A DNA stretch of 64,000 nucleotides from an uncultured Gemmatimonadales bacterium. GTDB taxonomy: Bacteria; Gemmatimonadota; Gemmatimonadetes; Longimicrobiales; RSA9. Both the position numbers and the translations under genes were made by a program. Shown one piece after another: positions 11,775 to 24,724 of the stretch (within the stretch, counting starts at the first letter, position 1; every line of letters begins with the position of its first letter). The stretch is taken from assembly GCA_963816355.1 (NCBI GenBank), contig CAWFKH010000004.1, forward strand, positions 160,001 through 224,000, written 5' to 3'. A model generated the notes under the pieces. That model searched no databases. It saw nothing but the letters and a program-made list of their open reading frames with translations, and was not told the DNA's origin.

Positions 11775-12919
11775 CCCGGCGCGGCGCGGACGGCCGCGAC
11801 CTCGTGGCACACCTCGCGCGCTTCTGCGGCGCGCTCCGCGACGCCGGCGTCTCCGTGAGCCTGGCGGACGAGGTGGTCGCCGCCGAGGCGCTCACGCTCG
11901 TCGACATCGGCGACCGCGCCGAGGTCCGCCGCGCGCTCCTCGCGACGCTGCGCGTCCGGCCCTTCGACCGATCCGCCTTCGACGCGCTTTTCGCCGCGCT
12001 GTGGCGGCGCGGCCCGGCGGAGACCCCGCGGCCGGCGGCCGCGCGTGGACAGCGACGCCAGCGGCGCCCGCGCACGGTGCCCGGCGCGCCGCGCGCCGCC
12101 ACGGCGCCCGCGCCGACGGCGCTGGAGCGCGAGGTCCCGGAGGGCGGACGCGCGCCCGCCTACAGCTCCGCCGCGCTGCTGCGTCGCAAGCCGTTCGAAG
12201 CGTGGACGGAGCGGGACCTCACGCAGCTCGACGCCGTGATGCGCCGCCTCGTGCGCCGGCTCGCAACGCGGCGCAGCCGCCGCCTCGTGCCCGCACGCGG
12301 GCGCGGCGTCGTGGACATGCGGCGCAGCCTGCGGCGGATGCTCGCGACGGGCGGCGAGCCGATCTCGCTGGCGCGCCGCATGCGGCCGGTCGAGCGGCCG
12401 CGGCTCGTGCTCCTGTGCGACACCAGCGGCTCGATGGATCCGCACACGCGGTTCCTGCTCGCGTTCGCGCTGTCGCTGCGGGGGCTGGTGAAGCGGCTCC
12501 ACGTCTTCGCCTTCAACACGGCGCTCACGCGCATCACCCCGTGGTTGTCGCGGCGGGAACTGGGGCGTACCCTACAGCGGCTGGCCACGGGCGTGCCCGA
12601 CTGGTCCGGCGGCACCCGCATCGGCGCGTGCTTGGAGGAGTTCGCCGAGCGTCACCTGCCGTGGATCGTCGACGCGGACACGGTCGTGGTCGTCCTCAGC
12701 GACGGCCTCGATCGCGGCGATCCGGAGCGGCTGGCGCGCGCCGTCGCGCGCATACGGCGCGCCGCCCGCACCCTGATCTGGCTCAATCCGCTGATGGGCG
12801 ATCCGCGCTACGCGCCCACGGCGCGCGGCATGGCAGCCGCCCTGCCGCACCTGGACCGGCTGGCGCCCGCGCACGACCTGGTGTCGCTGGAGCGATTGAT
12901 CCCCCTGCTCACGGCGTAG
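11771..12919 (+). CDS. coxE: VWA-domain protein CoxE
   Basis: ATG at 11771; LCDTSGSM, WSGGTRIG, LSDGLD, WLNPL motifs. Confidence 0.92.
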   Translation: MTRRGADGRDLVAHLARFCGALRDAGVSVSLADEVVAAEALTLVDIGDRAEVRRALLATLRVRPFDRSAFDALFAALWRRGPAETPRPAAARGQRRQRRPRTVPGAPRAATAPAPTALEREVPEGGRAPAYSSAALLRRKPFEAWTERDLTQLDAVMRRLVRRLATRRSRRLVPARGRGVVDMRRSLRRMLATGGEPISLARRMRPVERPRLVLLCDTSGSMDPHTRFLLAFALSLRGLVKRLHVFAFNTALTRITPWLSRRELGRTLQRLATGVPDWSGGTRIGACLEEFAERHLPWIVDADTVVVVLSDGLDRGDPERLARAVARIRRAARTLIWLNPLMGDPRYAPTARGMAAALPHLDRLAPAHDLVSLERLIPLLTA

Positions 12920-12923
12920 ACCC

Positions 12924-13793
12924 ATGGCGATCCGTATCGAGAAGCAGTTCACCGTCGAGGCCGCGCCCGACGCGGTGTGGGCGTTCCTCACCGACCCGGA
13001 GCGCGTGGCGAAGTGCCTTCCGGGCGCCTCGGTCACCGAGCGGATCGACGACCACACCTGGGGCGGCCGCATGGCCCTCAAGGTCGGGCCGGTCTCGACC
13101 GCGTACAAAGGCCGCCTCACCTTCGAGCGCCTCGATCCCGACGCCCGCACCGCGGAGCTCCGCGCCACGGGCCAGGACGTCCAGGGACGCGGCGGCGCCG
13201 ACATGACGATGACCAGCAGCCTCGAGCCCGCGGGCGACGGCACGGCCATCACCATCGTCTCCGACGTGAACGTCACCGGCATCCTCGCCCAGTTCGGTCG
13301 CGGTATGATCCAGGACGTTAGCGACCAGCTCTTCGGCACGTTCGTGACCCGCGCGCGCGAACAGCTCTCGAGCGGCGGCGCGGCGACCGGCGCGGGCGGA
13401 GAAGCCGGCGGTGCGGGCGGCGGCCCGGGGTCCGGCAGCGGCGCGGAGTCCGGCGGCCGCCCGGGGTCCGGCGGCGGCGCGGAGTCCGGCGGCGGCCCGG
13501 GGTCCGGCGGCGGCCCGGGCTCCGGCGGCCGGGCGGGGGCGTCCGGCGGGGCGGGGGCGTCCGGCGGGACGGCGTCCGCGGCGAACGGAGCCGCGGCGGC
13601 GACTTCGGCGGGGCGGCCCGCCGCTGGGGGGGCGGCGAGCGCGAGCGTGGCGGATGACGACGCGGCGCTCGATGTGGTCGCGCTCGGACGTGGGGTGGCG
13701 GGGCGCATGGTGGGACGGATGGTGCGGCGGCCCGGCTTCTGGGTGGGCGTCGCGATCGTGGTGCTCCTTCTGTTCTGGCTGTTCGGCGGCTAG
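12924..13793 (+). CDS. coxG: CoxG (SRPBCC domain, Gly-rich linker, C-terminal membrane anchor)
   Basis: VWAFLTDPERVAKCLPGA, KVGPV, G.LAQFGRG; C-terminal FWVGVAIVVLLLFWLF. Confidence 0.9.
   Translation: MAIRIEKQFTVEAAPDAVWAFLTDPERVAKCLPGASVTERIDDHTWGGRMALKVGPVSTAYKGRLTFERLDPDARTAELRATGQDVQGRGGADMTMTSSLEPAGDGTAITIVSDVNVTGILAQFGRGMIQDVSDQLFGTFVTRAREQLSSGGAATGAGGEAGGAGGGPGSGSGAESGGRPGSGGGAESGGGPGSGGGPGSGGRAGASGGAGASGGTASAANGAAAATSAGRPAAGGAASASVADDDAALDVVALGRGVAGRMVGRMVRRPGFWVGVAIVVLLLFWLFGG
13416..13568. repeat. Degenerate 18-bp in-frame repeats encoding the CoxG linker
   Basis: GGGPGS/GSGAES/GGRPGS/GGGAES/GGGPGS/GGGPGS units, each ending in tcc. Confidence 0.75.
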
Positions 13794-13862
13794 CACCGAT
13801 CATCTGGCGGGCGGCGGAACGAGGAAGGTCGACAGGCGAGACACATCACCGACGGAGGTGTC

Positions 13863-14732
13863 ATGATCCCGGCAGCGTTCGACTACCACGCTCCCGGCTC
13901 GCTCGAGGAGGCGATCCGCCTTCTCGGCGAGCACGGCGACGAGGCGAAGGTGTTGTCCGGCGGCCAGAGTCTCTTGCCGCTGCTGAAGCTGCGGCTCGGC
14001 TGGGCGCCGCACGTGGTCGACATCGGCAGGATCGACGGGCTCGAGTACGTGCGGGAGGAAGGCGGCGAGCTGCGCATCGGCGGCGCCACGCGGGAGGTGG
14101 CGCTCGAGCGCTCCGACGTGGTTCGTGAGCGATATCCGCTGCTCCACGACGCGACGCTGGTGATCGCCGACCCCATCGTGCGCAACCGGGCAACGGTGGG
14201 CGGCAACCTCGCCCACGGTGATCCCGCCAACGACCATCCCGCCGTCATGCTCGCGCTCGGGGCGACGGTCGTGGCGCGGGGGCCGAGCGGCGAGCGCACG
14301 ATCGCGATCGACGACTTCTTCCAGGGCCTCTTCCAGACCGCACTCGCGCCGGACGAGATCCTGACGGAGATCCGGATCCCGGCGCCGCCCGCCGGCTCCG
14401 GCGGCGCGTACGAGAAGCTCGAGCGCAAGGTCGGCGACTACGCGACCGCGGCCGTCGCGGTGCAGCTCACGCTCTCGGGCGGCGCGATCTCGCGCGCCGG
14501 CGTCGCATTGACGAACGCGGGCCCGCGCCCGATCCGCGTGACGGAAGCGGAATCGTACCTGAGGGGGAAGGCGCCGGGCGAGGCCGTGTTCGCGGAGGCG
14601 GCGAAGCGGGCGGGGGCCGCGGCGTCGCCACGCGAGGACTGGCGAGGCTCGGTCGAATACAAGAAGGAGATGGCGCGGGTGCTCACGATGCGGGCGCTCG
14701 CGACGGCGGCTCGACGCGCGGGAGGGGAGTGA
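13863..14732 (+). CDS. coxM: CO dehydrogenase medium (FAD) subunit
   Basis: [45 protein letters not shown]. Confidence 0.95.
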   Translation: MIPAAFDYHAPGSLEEAIRLLGEHGDEAKVLSGGQSLLPLLKLRLGWAPHVVDIGRIDGLEYVREEGGELRIGGATREVALERSDVVRERYPLLHDATLVIADPIVRNRATVGGNLAHGDPANDHPAVMLALGATVVARGPSGERTIAIDDFFQGLFQTALAPDEILTEIRIPAPPAGSGGAYEKLERKVGDYATAAVAVQLTLSGGAISRAGVALTNAGPRPIRVTEAESYLRGKAPGEAVFAEAAKRAGAAASPREDWRGSVEYKKEMARVLTMRALATAARRAGGE

Positions 14733-14733
14733 G

Positions 14734-15204
14734 ATGGCCACGCACACGATTCACGTGAAGGTGAACGGCACCGATCACGAGGCGACGGTCGAGTCGCGCC
14801 TGCTCCTGGTGCACCTGCTGCGCGAGGATCTGCGGCTGACCGGCACGCACATCGGCTGCGACACGACGCACTGCGGCGCGTGCACGGTGCTGCTGGACGG
14901 CGAGCCGGTGAAGTCATGCACGGTGCTCGCCGTGCAGGCGGACGGGCGGGAGATCCGGACGGTCGAGGGGCTCGCCGAGAACGGGAAGCTGCATCCGATC
15001 CAGGAAGGCTTCCACCAGGAGCACGGGCTGCAGTGCGGCTACTGCACGCCGGGCATGATGATGACCAGCTACGCGCTGCTGCAGCGAAACCGCGACCCGA
15101 GCGAGGCGGAGATCCGGCGGGCGATCTCCGGCAACCTCTGCCGCTGCACCGGCTACGTGAACATCGTCAAGGCGGTGCAGCACGCGGCCGCCCACCTCGA
15201 GTAG
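14734..15204 (+). CDS. coxS: CO dehydrogenase small (2x[2Fe-2S]) subunit
   Basis: [12 protein letters not shown]...[20 protein letters not shown]. Confidence 0.95.
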   Translation: MATHTIHVKVNGTDHEATVESRLLLVHLLREDLRLTGTHIGCDTTHCGACTVLLDGEPVKSCTVLAVQADGREIRTVEGLAENGKLHPIQEGFHQEHGLQCGYCTPGMMMTSYALLQRNRDPSEAEIRRAISGNLCRCTGYVNIVKAVQHAAAHLE

Positions 15205-15212
15205 GAGGAACC

Positions 15213-17579
<2,367 letters not shown>

Positions 17580-17585
17580 CGGCGC

Positions 17586-17879
17586 TCAGGAGACGTCCAG
17601 TTCGACGCCTCCCACGAGCTGAGCGACCAGGTTGTACAGCGCTGCGCCGACGAGCGCGGCGCAGAAGGTGATCCCGCCGTAGAGGAGGGGGAAGACGAGG
17701 ATGGCGGCGCCGCTGAAGAGCGCGCGGTCCCACAGGCCGCCCGCGCCGCCACCCTCGATCCACGGAGCGCCGCCATGGGCGAGCAGCGTCAGCATCGCGC
17801 CGATCACGAGCCCGACGATTCCGTAGCAGATGCCGGCGATGCGCGCGACCGACAGGGGGTAGATGCGGCGGATGATCAT
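17586..17879 (-). CDS. Small two-TM membrane protein (DUF3566-like)
   Basis: IRRIYPLSVARI...ALYNLVAQLVGGVEL; GGAGGAG RBS. Confidence 0.75.
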   Translation of the reverse strand: MIIRRIYPLSVARIAGICYGIVGLVIGAMLTLLAHGGAPWIEGGGAGGLWDRALFSGAAILVFPLLYGGITFCAALVGAALYNLVAQLVGGVELDVS

Positions 17880-17975
17880 CGACTCCTCCTCCGTCGAGGT
17901 TCCGTCACGGCGTCCTGCATCCGGGTGCCGGGCAGGGCCGCCCCCAAGTTCCCCGCGCGCAGCCGCCGCCGCAAG

Positions 17976-19499
17976 TCATCGGGCGCGGCGCCAGATGTCG
18001 AGGACGCCCTCCTTGCGGTGGCGGTTGGCGTTGCCCTCCGGCAGCGCGATGCGGCCGTCGACGACGATCGGGCTGTTCCAGTGGCCGTCGCCGCATTCGA
18101 GAACCGCGAGCCGCCGCCCCGAGACGGGGTCGTAGACGCGCAGCCCGCCGCGCGGATCGTAGACGTAGAGCAGGCCGCCGGCGAGGATCGGGCTGGTGCC
18201 CGCCTCGTGATTGCTCCAGCGCTGCTGCAGGCGGCCTCCGCCGAGCTCCCAGGCGGCCGTTCCGCCGTTGTCGGCGAGGAAGATCCAGGTGGCGGAGGCG
18301 GTGTGGAGGACCGCCGGCGCGGTGAAGAGCCGGTCCCGCGACGGCGTCGGCACGATCTGCGCTTCCCCGCCCCGGTGCGGCGCGCCGCGGCGGAAGCGGC
18401 TCCAGTCCAGGATGCGGAAGACGGCGTCCTTGCCGCCCTGTCCCACCACGCCGCCGCCCGGCAGGACCGGCGCGGTCGAGCCGAGGTCCACATCGCGGGC
18501 ATCGAGCGACTCGGTGTTCTGCGGCGTGTAGTCGCCGAGCAGGCGGGTGGCGTCCGCGTCTAGCTCGAGGACCGCGTCGCCCCAGTCATTCCTGCCGTCC
18601 CAGTGGCCGTCGCCCGTCGCGACGAAGATGTGGCCGTCCGTGGTGTCGATCACCGCGCCGGCACGCCCCCAGATCGCGGCGCCGCTCTCGCGGCAGGTGG
18701 AGGGATCGAGCAGACCTGAGCGGTCGCTGCACAGGGCGTTGAACCCGTGCAGCAGGCGGCCGCTCACCGCGTCCAGGACGGCGACGTGGCCCTGATAGGG
18801 CGGGCGGTCGCCGATGTAGCCGCCGGTCGTGGCCACGATCCGGCCCCGGAAGTAGTTCAGCGACGCGGCGATCTTCTCGCGCTCCGGGAGACGGGTGATC
18901 GCCGTGGTCCACACGACGCGGCCGTCGGCGACGGCGAGCTTTCGGATCGCGCCATCAGGGGCGGCGGCGTAGACGGACCGGCGGTCCGGGTCGGCCACCG
19001 GCGTCGCGTTGGTGATGCGGTACGAGCCGGCCCAGTCGTCGTAGCCGGGCGGCACGAAGCGCCAGAGGATGGTGCCGTCGTCGGCGTCGATCGCGAGCGT
19101 CCTTCCGTACGTCGTGGTGACGAAGAAGACGTCGCGCAGCGCGCCGTGGACGCGGACCGCGTGGAGGTAGATCGGCGAGGCGTCGACGGTGCCGTCGATC
19201 CGCACCTGCTGCCGGCGCAGCGAGCCGAGGTCCGCCGCCGCGATCCCGGCGGGAGCCGGCGATGCGTTCGAGCGCGCGGCGTCGTAGCCGAAGCGCGGCC
19301 AGTCGTGGCTTCCGGGCTCCTGCGCGGCGGCAGCGCCCGGCGCGGCGGCGCTCGGCACGGCGCTGGCGACGAAGGCGAGCAACGCGGCGGTTCGCAGCAG
19401 GCCGGCGAGGGGCGCGCCGCGGGCGGTGCGGCGGGCCGGGCCGGGGGCCGGCGCGAGAGAGCGGGCGCGCCGCGTCGCCCGGCCGGAGCGGTTCAGCAT
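17976..19499 (-). CDS. Secreted PQQ-binding-like beta-propeller protein
   Basis: Signal region; DWPRFGYDAARS, ATGDG, DVDLGS, GGKDA repeats. Confidence 0.8.
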   Translation of the reverse strand: MLNRSGRATRRARSLAPAPGPARRTARGAPLAGLLRTAALLAFVASAVPSAAAPGAAAAQEPGSHDWPRFGYDAARSNASPAPAGIAAADLGSLRRQQVRIDGTVDASPIYLHAVRVHGALRDVFFVTTTYGRTLAIDADDGTILWRFVPPGYDDWAGSYRITNATPVADPDRRSVYAAAPDGAIRKLAVADGRVVWTTAITRLPEREKIAASLNYFRGRIVATTGGYIGDRPPYQGHVAVLDAVSGRLLHGFNALCSDRSGLLDPSTCRESGAAIWGRAGAVIDTTDGHIFVATGDGHWDGRNDWGDAVLELDADATRLLGDYTPQNTESLDARDVDLGSTAPVLPGGGVVGQGGKDAVFRILDWSRFRRGAPHRGGEAQIVPTPSRDRLFTAPAVLHTASATWIFLADNGGTAAWELGGGRLQQRWSNHEAGTSPILAGGLLYVYDPRGGLRVYDPVSGRRLAVLECGDGHWNSPIVVDGRIALPEGNANRHRKEGVLDIWRRAR

Positions 19500-19571
19500 G
19501 GCGTCCTCCGTGGCACTTCCCTACTCTTGGCGTCGTTCGAGAACACGCGACCCCCAGCAGCGGAGCAGGAG

Positions 19572-19970
19572 ATGCCGAGCCCGGACCTCGAGGCGCGCGT
19601 GAAGGAGATCGTCGACGCGTTCAACGGCCGCGATTTCGAGCGGGCGGCGACCCACTTCCACGGCGAGCTGGTGGTCGAGTTCCCGCAATCCGGGGAGCGC
19701 ATCACCGGGCGGAAGAACCTGCTCGGCATGGCGGCGGGGTTCTCGGCGCCGACGTTCCGGATCTGGCGCATGTGCAGCGCGGGCCCCCTGGTTACGGCGG
19801 AGACGGTCGCCGACTACCCGGACGGCGGCCGCTTCCTGGGCGTTTCGATCTTCGAATTCTCGGACGGCCGGGTCGCCCGCGAGATCGACTACTTCACGGA
19901 GTCGTTCCCCCCGGCCGAGTCGCGCGCGAAGTTCGTCACGGTCCACGACATCCCGGCCGAAGGCGGGTGA
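19572..19970 (+). CDS. SnoaL-like/NTF2-family protein
   Basis: ATG after AGGAG; AFNGRDF, EFPQSGERITGR, GRVAREIDYF. Confidence 0.85.
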   Translation: MPSPDLEARVKEIVDAFNGRDFERAATHFHGELVVEFPQSGERITGRKNLLGMAAGFSAPTFRIWRMCSAGPLVTAETVADYPDGGRFLGVSIFEFSDGRVAREIDYFTESFPPAESRAKFVTVHDIPAEGG

Positions 19971-20034
19971 GCGGTCCGCGCCGGCGGTGGCGCCGCGCCG
20001 GCCGGGACGCCGGCGCGGCGGCCCGCCGCGCACT

Positions 20035-20739
20035 CTACTTCTTGGATACGGAGAGCCCGCTCACCAGCCCTTCGGTGTTGTGGGCGAAGCGGATGCCGTA
20101 GACGCCGTCGGTCGAGCTCAGGCGCCCCTGCCGCACCAGGTCCGCCTTGTCGTAGCTGCCCACGACGGTGCCGTTGATCGCGCACTCGACCTTGTCACCC
20201 TTCACCGACACCGCGATCTCCTGCGTCACCGGCTGACCCTGTCCCGCCGCCTTGTGCACGGCCGCGTTCGGCTCGCCGCGGCGGCCGTTCACCTGGAACG
20301 GCGCGGGTCCGAAGCCACGAACGATGAAGGTTCCGTTGCCGTACGCCGCACAGTAGAGGTAGCTCTGCTTCGCGGTGCCCATGTCGTTGCCGGCGACGAC
20401 GATGCCGTACGGGTGCGGGTGGTTGTTCAGGTTCATGTACTTCGGCTCGGTGAACGTCGCCTTCACGGTGTAGTCGCCGCTCGCGCGGTTCGCGGGGTTC
20501 CAGTAGGTCACCGCGGGCCCAGTGGTCACGTGCAGCGCGTCGCCGTCCTTCGCGAGCTTCGCGTCCGCCAGCGACTGCCCCGCCCGCGCGGCGCCGGCGT
20601 CGACGGCGCCTTTCCAACCCGCCACGGCGATGCCGCCGCCGGCGACGCTGCGATTGGTCTCCTGCGCGTGCGCGGAGCCGGCGACAAGCAGCGCGAGCGT
20701 CGCGAGGCTCGCCGCCGTGAAGCGATGGGTTCGAATCAT
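20035..20739 (-). CDS. Secreted beta-sandwich protein (DUF1080/concanavalin-like)
   Basis: Signal peptide ending AHAQ; LHVTTGPA, GDYTVKATF, DGVYGIRFAHN. Confidence 0.7.
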   Translation of the reverse strand: MIRTHRFTAASLATLALLVAGSAHAQETNRSVAGGGIAVAGWKGAVDAGAARAGQSLADAKLAKDGDALHVTTGPAVTYWNPANRASGDYTVKATFTEPKYMNLNNHPHPYGIVVAGNDMGTAKQSYLYCAAYGNGTFIVRGFGPAPFQVNGRRGEPNAAVHKAAGQGQPVTQEIAVSVKGDKVECAINGTVVGSYDKADLVRQGRLSSTDGVYGIRFAHNTEGLVSGLSVSKK

Positions 20740-20825
20740 CGTACGATCTCCTCTGAATGGTGAGATGCGTCCCGTTCCCGGGACGGGTCAACGTCGAATT
20801 CCGCGCTCGGTGCGAGGCCGGGCAC

Positions 20826-21518
20826 CTACACCACGGCGCCAAACAAGCGCCCGACCAGCGCCGTAGCCACCATGGCGAGCGCGCCCCAGAAACAGACACG
20901 CCACACGGCCCTGCCGACCGGCGCGCCGCCCGCGCGCGCCGACACCACGCCGAGCACCGCGAGGCACAGCAGCGACGCGGCCGCGACCACGATCACGATG
21001 CGCGCAGGCGGCGCGATGGCCGCGACGGCCAGCGGTACGCTCGCGCCGAGGGCGAAGCTCGCCGCGGATGCGAGCGCCGCCTGGACCGGCCGCGCCGCGA
21101 GCGTCTCGCTCAGGCCGAGCTCGTCGCGCAGGTGCGCGCCGAGGGCGCCCCGCGCCGTCATCTGCTCGGCCACCTGCCGGGCCAGATCCGTGGTGAGGCC
21201 GCGTCCCTCGTAGATCCCCTGCAACTCGGCCAGCTCCGCCTCCGGCGCCTCCGCCAGCTCCCGCCGCTCGCGCGCGGCGTCGGCGCGCTCGGTGTCCGCC
21301 TGGGAGCTGACCGAGACGTACTCGCCGGCCGCCATCGACATCGCGCCCGCCACGAGCCCGGCGACGCCGGCCACGAGCACGGTCGAGCGGACGGGCTCCG
21401 CGGCCGCGACGCCGACGAGCAGGCTCGCCGTCGACACGATGCCGTCGTTGGCGCCGAGCACGGCCGCCCGCAGCCAGCCTATGCGCTCGGTGCGATGCCG
21501 CTCCGGGTGCGAGCTCAC
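20826..21518 (-). CDS. VIT1/CCC1-family Fe/Mn transporter
   Basis: WLRAAVLGANDGIVS, AGAMSMAAGEYVSVSSQAD. Confidence 0.95.
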   Translation of the reverse strand: MSSHPERHRTERIGWLRAAVLGANDGIVSTASLLVGVAAAEPVRSTVLVAGVAGLVAGAMSMAAGEYVSVSSQADTERADAARERRELAEAPEAELAELQGIYEGRGLTTDLARQVAEQMTARGALGAHLRDELGLSETLAARPVQAALASAASFALGASVPLAVAAIAPPARIVIVVAAASLLCLAVLGVVSARAGGAPVGRAVWRVCFWGALAMVATALVGRLFGAVV

Positions 21519-21567
21519 GTCGATCTCCGATCCGGGCCGCGCCCGGTGTGGGGCCGCTCGCGCCGCG

Positions 21568-24500
21568 TCACCGGAGGCCGCTCCACTTCCGCCGCGTGGC
21601 GTCGAGCCGCTTCGCGTAGTCCGCCCACACCTCCTCCACGCCCTGCGCCGGCGCCGCGTCCGCGCTCTGAGCGGCGGTGGCGAGCGACGTCAGGACGCCC
21701 GCGATCGTCGCCGTGCCGTCCGGTCCGTCGCGCAGCGCCTGCAGCCGCACCCGCCGCTCCGCCGACGCGCCGCTCGCGCGCAGCGCGGCGGCGATCGCGC
21801 TGTCCGTCGCGACCGCGACGGCGAGCGTGGAGTCGATCCGCATCGCGAGGCGGAGCTGCGCCGCGAGCGCGTCGCGCGAGACGTGGACGCGGGGATCCAT
21901 GCGCACCTCGAGCTGCTGCGTGTACTCCCGGCCGCCGACGCCCAGTGTCAGAGTGTACTCCCCCGGCAGGACAACGGGTCCCTCCGGCGTGAGCGGCGTG
22001 TCGCGCTGCCACACCGCAGCGATCGAGTAATCGTAGGAGAGCGCGCGTGGGCGCGGATAGCGCAGGTCCCACACGAAGCAATGCACGCCGGGCGTCGTCT
22101 CCAGGCGGGATGGCGAGCCGAGCCACCCACGCTCGAAGTAGCGCGTCGCGGGGAGCGCCTCCGCCGTATCCGCGCTCGAGAAGCGGCGAACCACCGCTCC
22201 CTCGGCGTCCCGGATCGTGAGCGTGAGCGGCGCCGCGGGCGCGGCGGCGAGCGCATAGTCGACGGTGGCGCCGGCGGGCGGGTTCTCGCCGAGCGGCGTC
22301 TCCGGCGGCCACGGCGTGTCCCGGTTCTCGTCGGCGCGGAGGCGCCACGCCGGGCGCGGCGCGAAGAGATGCGCGCTCGCGGCGGCGACGTCGCCGCTCC
22401 ACTGCCGGAGCGGGGAAAGGTCGTCGAGGATCCAGAGTCCTCGGCCCTGGGTGGCGGCGATCAGGTCGCCGTGCCGCACGGCGAGGTCGCGGACCGGCGT
22501 CGTCGGCAGGTCGAGGGTCAGCGGCCGCCAGGCGGCGCCGTCGTCGAGCGAGTAGTAGACGCTGCGGTTCGTCGCCGCGTAGAGCAGGCCGCGGCGCTCG
22601 GGGTCGGCGCGCACGGCGTTGACGTACTCGCCGGCGGGGAGTCCTGCGACGATCGTCGTCCAAGTACGGCCGCCGTCCGCCGTCTTCATCACGAGCGGCG
22701 CCATGCGGTCGATGCGGCGGAGGTTGACCGCGGCGTAGGCGGCGGCGGTGTCGAAGCGGGAGGGCTCCACGACGTCGACGCGGCCCCACGCCGGGAGCTG
22801 CGGCGGCGTGACGTTCGCCCAGTGGGCGCCGCCGTCGGCGGTGCGGCGGATCGTGCCGTCGTCGGTGCCGATCCAGATCACGCCGGCGTCGAGCGGCGAC
22901 AGGCCGATCGAGAAGATCACGCCGAAGCCGCAGTCGCGCGCGACGGCGTAGTCCGGGTCCGGCGCGTCGCAGCCCTTCGCATCCGCCTTCTTCGCGGAGA
23001 GGTCGGGCGAGACGGCGCGCCAGTGATCGCCATCGTCGTCGGAGCGGAAGAGGAGCTGGGCGCCGACGTAGAGCGGGTGCGGCGCGATCGGCGAATAGGC
23101 GAGCGGCGTGATCCAGGTGTAGCGGTACTTCACGCTGTTGGGCCGCTGGCCGTAGCTGGAGACGGGCCACGGCGAGACCTCGGTGCTCTGGCGCGTGACC
23201 TCGTCGAAGCGCGAGAGGTGGCCGCCGAGGCCGCTGCCGAGCACCGTGTCCGGCGCCTCCGGCTTCGGGATCATGTCGTCGCGCTCGTCCCCGCCGACCG
23301 GGTGCCAGTCGCGCAGCTCGATCGCGCCGTAGGGGCCGCGACTCGTGACGACCGCCGTGCCGTTGTCCTGCTGGCCGCTGTAGACGCGGTAGGGGAAGCG
23401 GTCGTCGACGCCGAGATGGTAGAACTGGCCGGTCGGCTGGTTGTACCAGCTCGACCAGCTCCGGCCCGCGTTCACCGTGACGATCGCGCCCTGGTCCGCG
23501 CCGGCCGCCAGGTGCGTCGTGTCCGTCGGATCGATCCACAGGTAGTGGAAGTCGTCGCCGCCGGGCGCGCCCCGGATGATGTCGAACGCGCGGCCGCCGT
23601 CCGTCGAGCGCCGGATCGACTGCCCCATCACGTACACCTCGTCCGCGTTCAGCGGGTTCACCGTCACGCGGCCGAAGTAGTCGGACGCCATCACGTCGGA
23701 ATCGTTCACGCGCGTCCAGCTCGCGCCGCCGTCGCCGGTGCGGTAGAGGCCGCTGCCGTCGCCGCCCACGTCCACGATGCTCGCGTAGACGACGTCGCCA
23801 CCCCTGCCTCTCGCCGCGGCCAGGCCAATGCGGCCGAGCGGGCCCGCCGGCAGGCCGCCGCCGCTCAGGCGCCGCCAGTGCGCGCCGCCGTCCTCGCTCT
23901 TCCAGATGGCGGAGCCGGGGCCGCCGCGCGGCTGGAAGTAGTCGAGCCACGGGTGCATCCGCATCTGCCACGTCGCGGCGTACACGACCTCCGGCCGCGT
24001 GTCGTCGCGGGCGAGGTCGACGGCGCCGGTGAGCGAGTCGACGCGCAGCACCGGCCGCCACGTCGCGCCGCCGTCGGTGGTGAGGTAGACGCCACGCTCC
24101 GGGTTCGGTCCGAACGCGTGCCCGAGCGCCGCGACCAGAACGCGGTCCGGGTCCCGGGGGCCGACCAGGACCGCGCCGATCTGCCGCGAATCGCGCAGTC
24201 CCACGTTGCGCCACGTCTCGCCCGCGTCGTTGGAGCGGTAAACGCCGTCACCCTCGATCAGGTCGTAGCGCGCCGCGACCTGTCCGGTGCCGGCGTAGAG
24301 GCGGTCCGGGTCCGACGGCGCCACGGCGAGCGCGCCGATCGCCGCCGCTCCCTCGTGCTGCAGGCGGCCCTGCCAGGTGCGGCCCGCATCGGTCGTCTTC
24401 CACACGCCGCCGCCCGCCGCGCCGAAGTAGAACGTGTTCGGCCGCTGCGGCACGCCCGCCGCGACGGTCGCCCAGCCGGCGCGGTAGGGGCCGATCAGCC

Positions 24501-24693
24501 GCCAGTGGAGGGCGGCGGCGGGATCGGGCGCGGCCTGCGCGGGCGGCGGTCCGGCGGACACGGCAGGCGACGTCGCGAGCGAGCGCGCCGGAACGTCCGC
24601 CGGCGGCGCCTGTGCTCGCCCTGCCGTCGCAGCGGATGCGAGCGCGGCGAGCGGGAGAAGCGTTCCGGCGAGGAGAGCGCGAAAAGTGGGCAT
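21568..24693 (-). CDS. Secreted VPS10/BNR-repeat glycosyl-hydrolase-like protein
   Basis: WRLIGP.RAG, repeated S.DGG.TW BNR motifs, GGDDFH.LWIDP, NQPTGQFY, ATQGRGLWILDD. Confidence 0.88.
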   Translation of the reverse strand: MPTFRALLAGTLLPLAALASAATAGRAQAPPADVPARSLATSPAVSAGPPPAQAAPDPAAALHWRLIGPYRAGWATVAAGVPQRPNTFYFGAAGGGVWKTTDAGRTWQGRLQHEGAAAIGALAVAPSDPDRLYAGTGQVAARYDLIEGDGVYRSNDAGETWRNVGLRDSRQIGAVLVGPRDPDRVLVAALGHAFGPNPERGVYLTTDGGATWRPVLRVDSLTGAVDLARDDTRPEVVYAATWQMRMHPWLDYFQPRGGPGSAIWKSEDGGAHWRRLSGGGLPAGPLGRIGLAAARGRGGDVVYASIVDVGGDGSGLYRTGDGGASWTRVNDSDVMASDYFGRVTVNPLNADEVYVMGQSIRRSTDGGRAFDIIRGAPGGDDFHYLWIDPTDTTHLAAGADQGAIVTVNAGRSWSSWYNQPTGQFYHLGVDDRFPYRVYSGQQDNGTAVVTSRGPYGAIELRDWHPVGGDERDDMIPKPEAPDTVLGSGLGGHLSRFDEVTRQSTEVSPWPVSSYGQRPNSVKYRYTWITPLAYSPIAPHPLYVGAQLLFRSDDDGDHWRAVSPDLSAKKADAKGCDAPDPDYAVARDCGFGVIFSIGLSPLDAGVIWIGTDDGTIRRTADGGAHWANVTPPQLPAWGRVDVVEPSRFDTAAAYAAVNLRRIDRMAPLVMKTADGGRTWTTIVAGLPAGEYVNAVRADPERRGLLYAATNRSVYYSLDDGAAWRPLTLDLPTTPVRDLAVRHGDLIAATQGRGLWILDDLSPLRQWSGDVAAASAHLFAPRPAWRLRADENRDTPWPPETPLGENPPAGATVDYALAAAPAAPLTLTIRDAEGAVVRRFSSADTAEALPATRYFERGWLGSPSRLETTPGVHCFVWDLRYPRPRALSYDYSIAAVWQRDTPLTPEGPVVLPGEYTLTLGVGGREYTQQLEVRMDPRVHVSRDALAAQLRLAMRIDSTLAVAVATDSAIAAALRASGASAERRVRLQALRDGPDGTATIAGVLTSLATAAQSADAAPAQGVEEVWADYAKRLDATRRKWSGLR

Positions 24694-24724
24694 CGAGCGT
24701 TTGCCTCGGAGAATGGGGGGTGGC

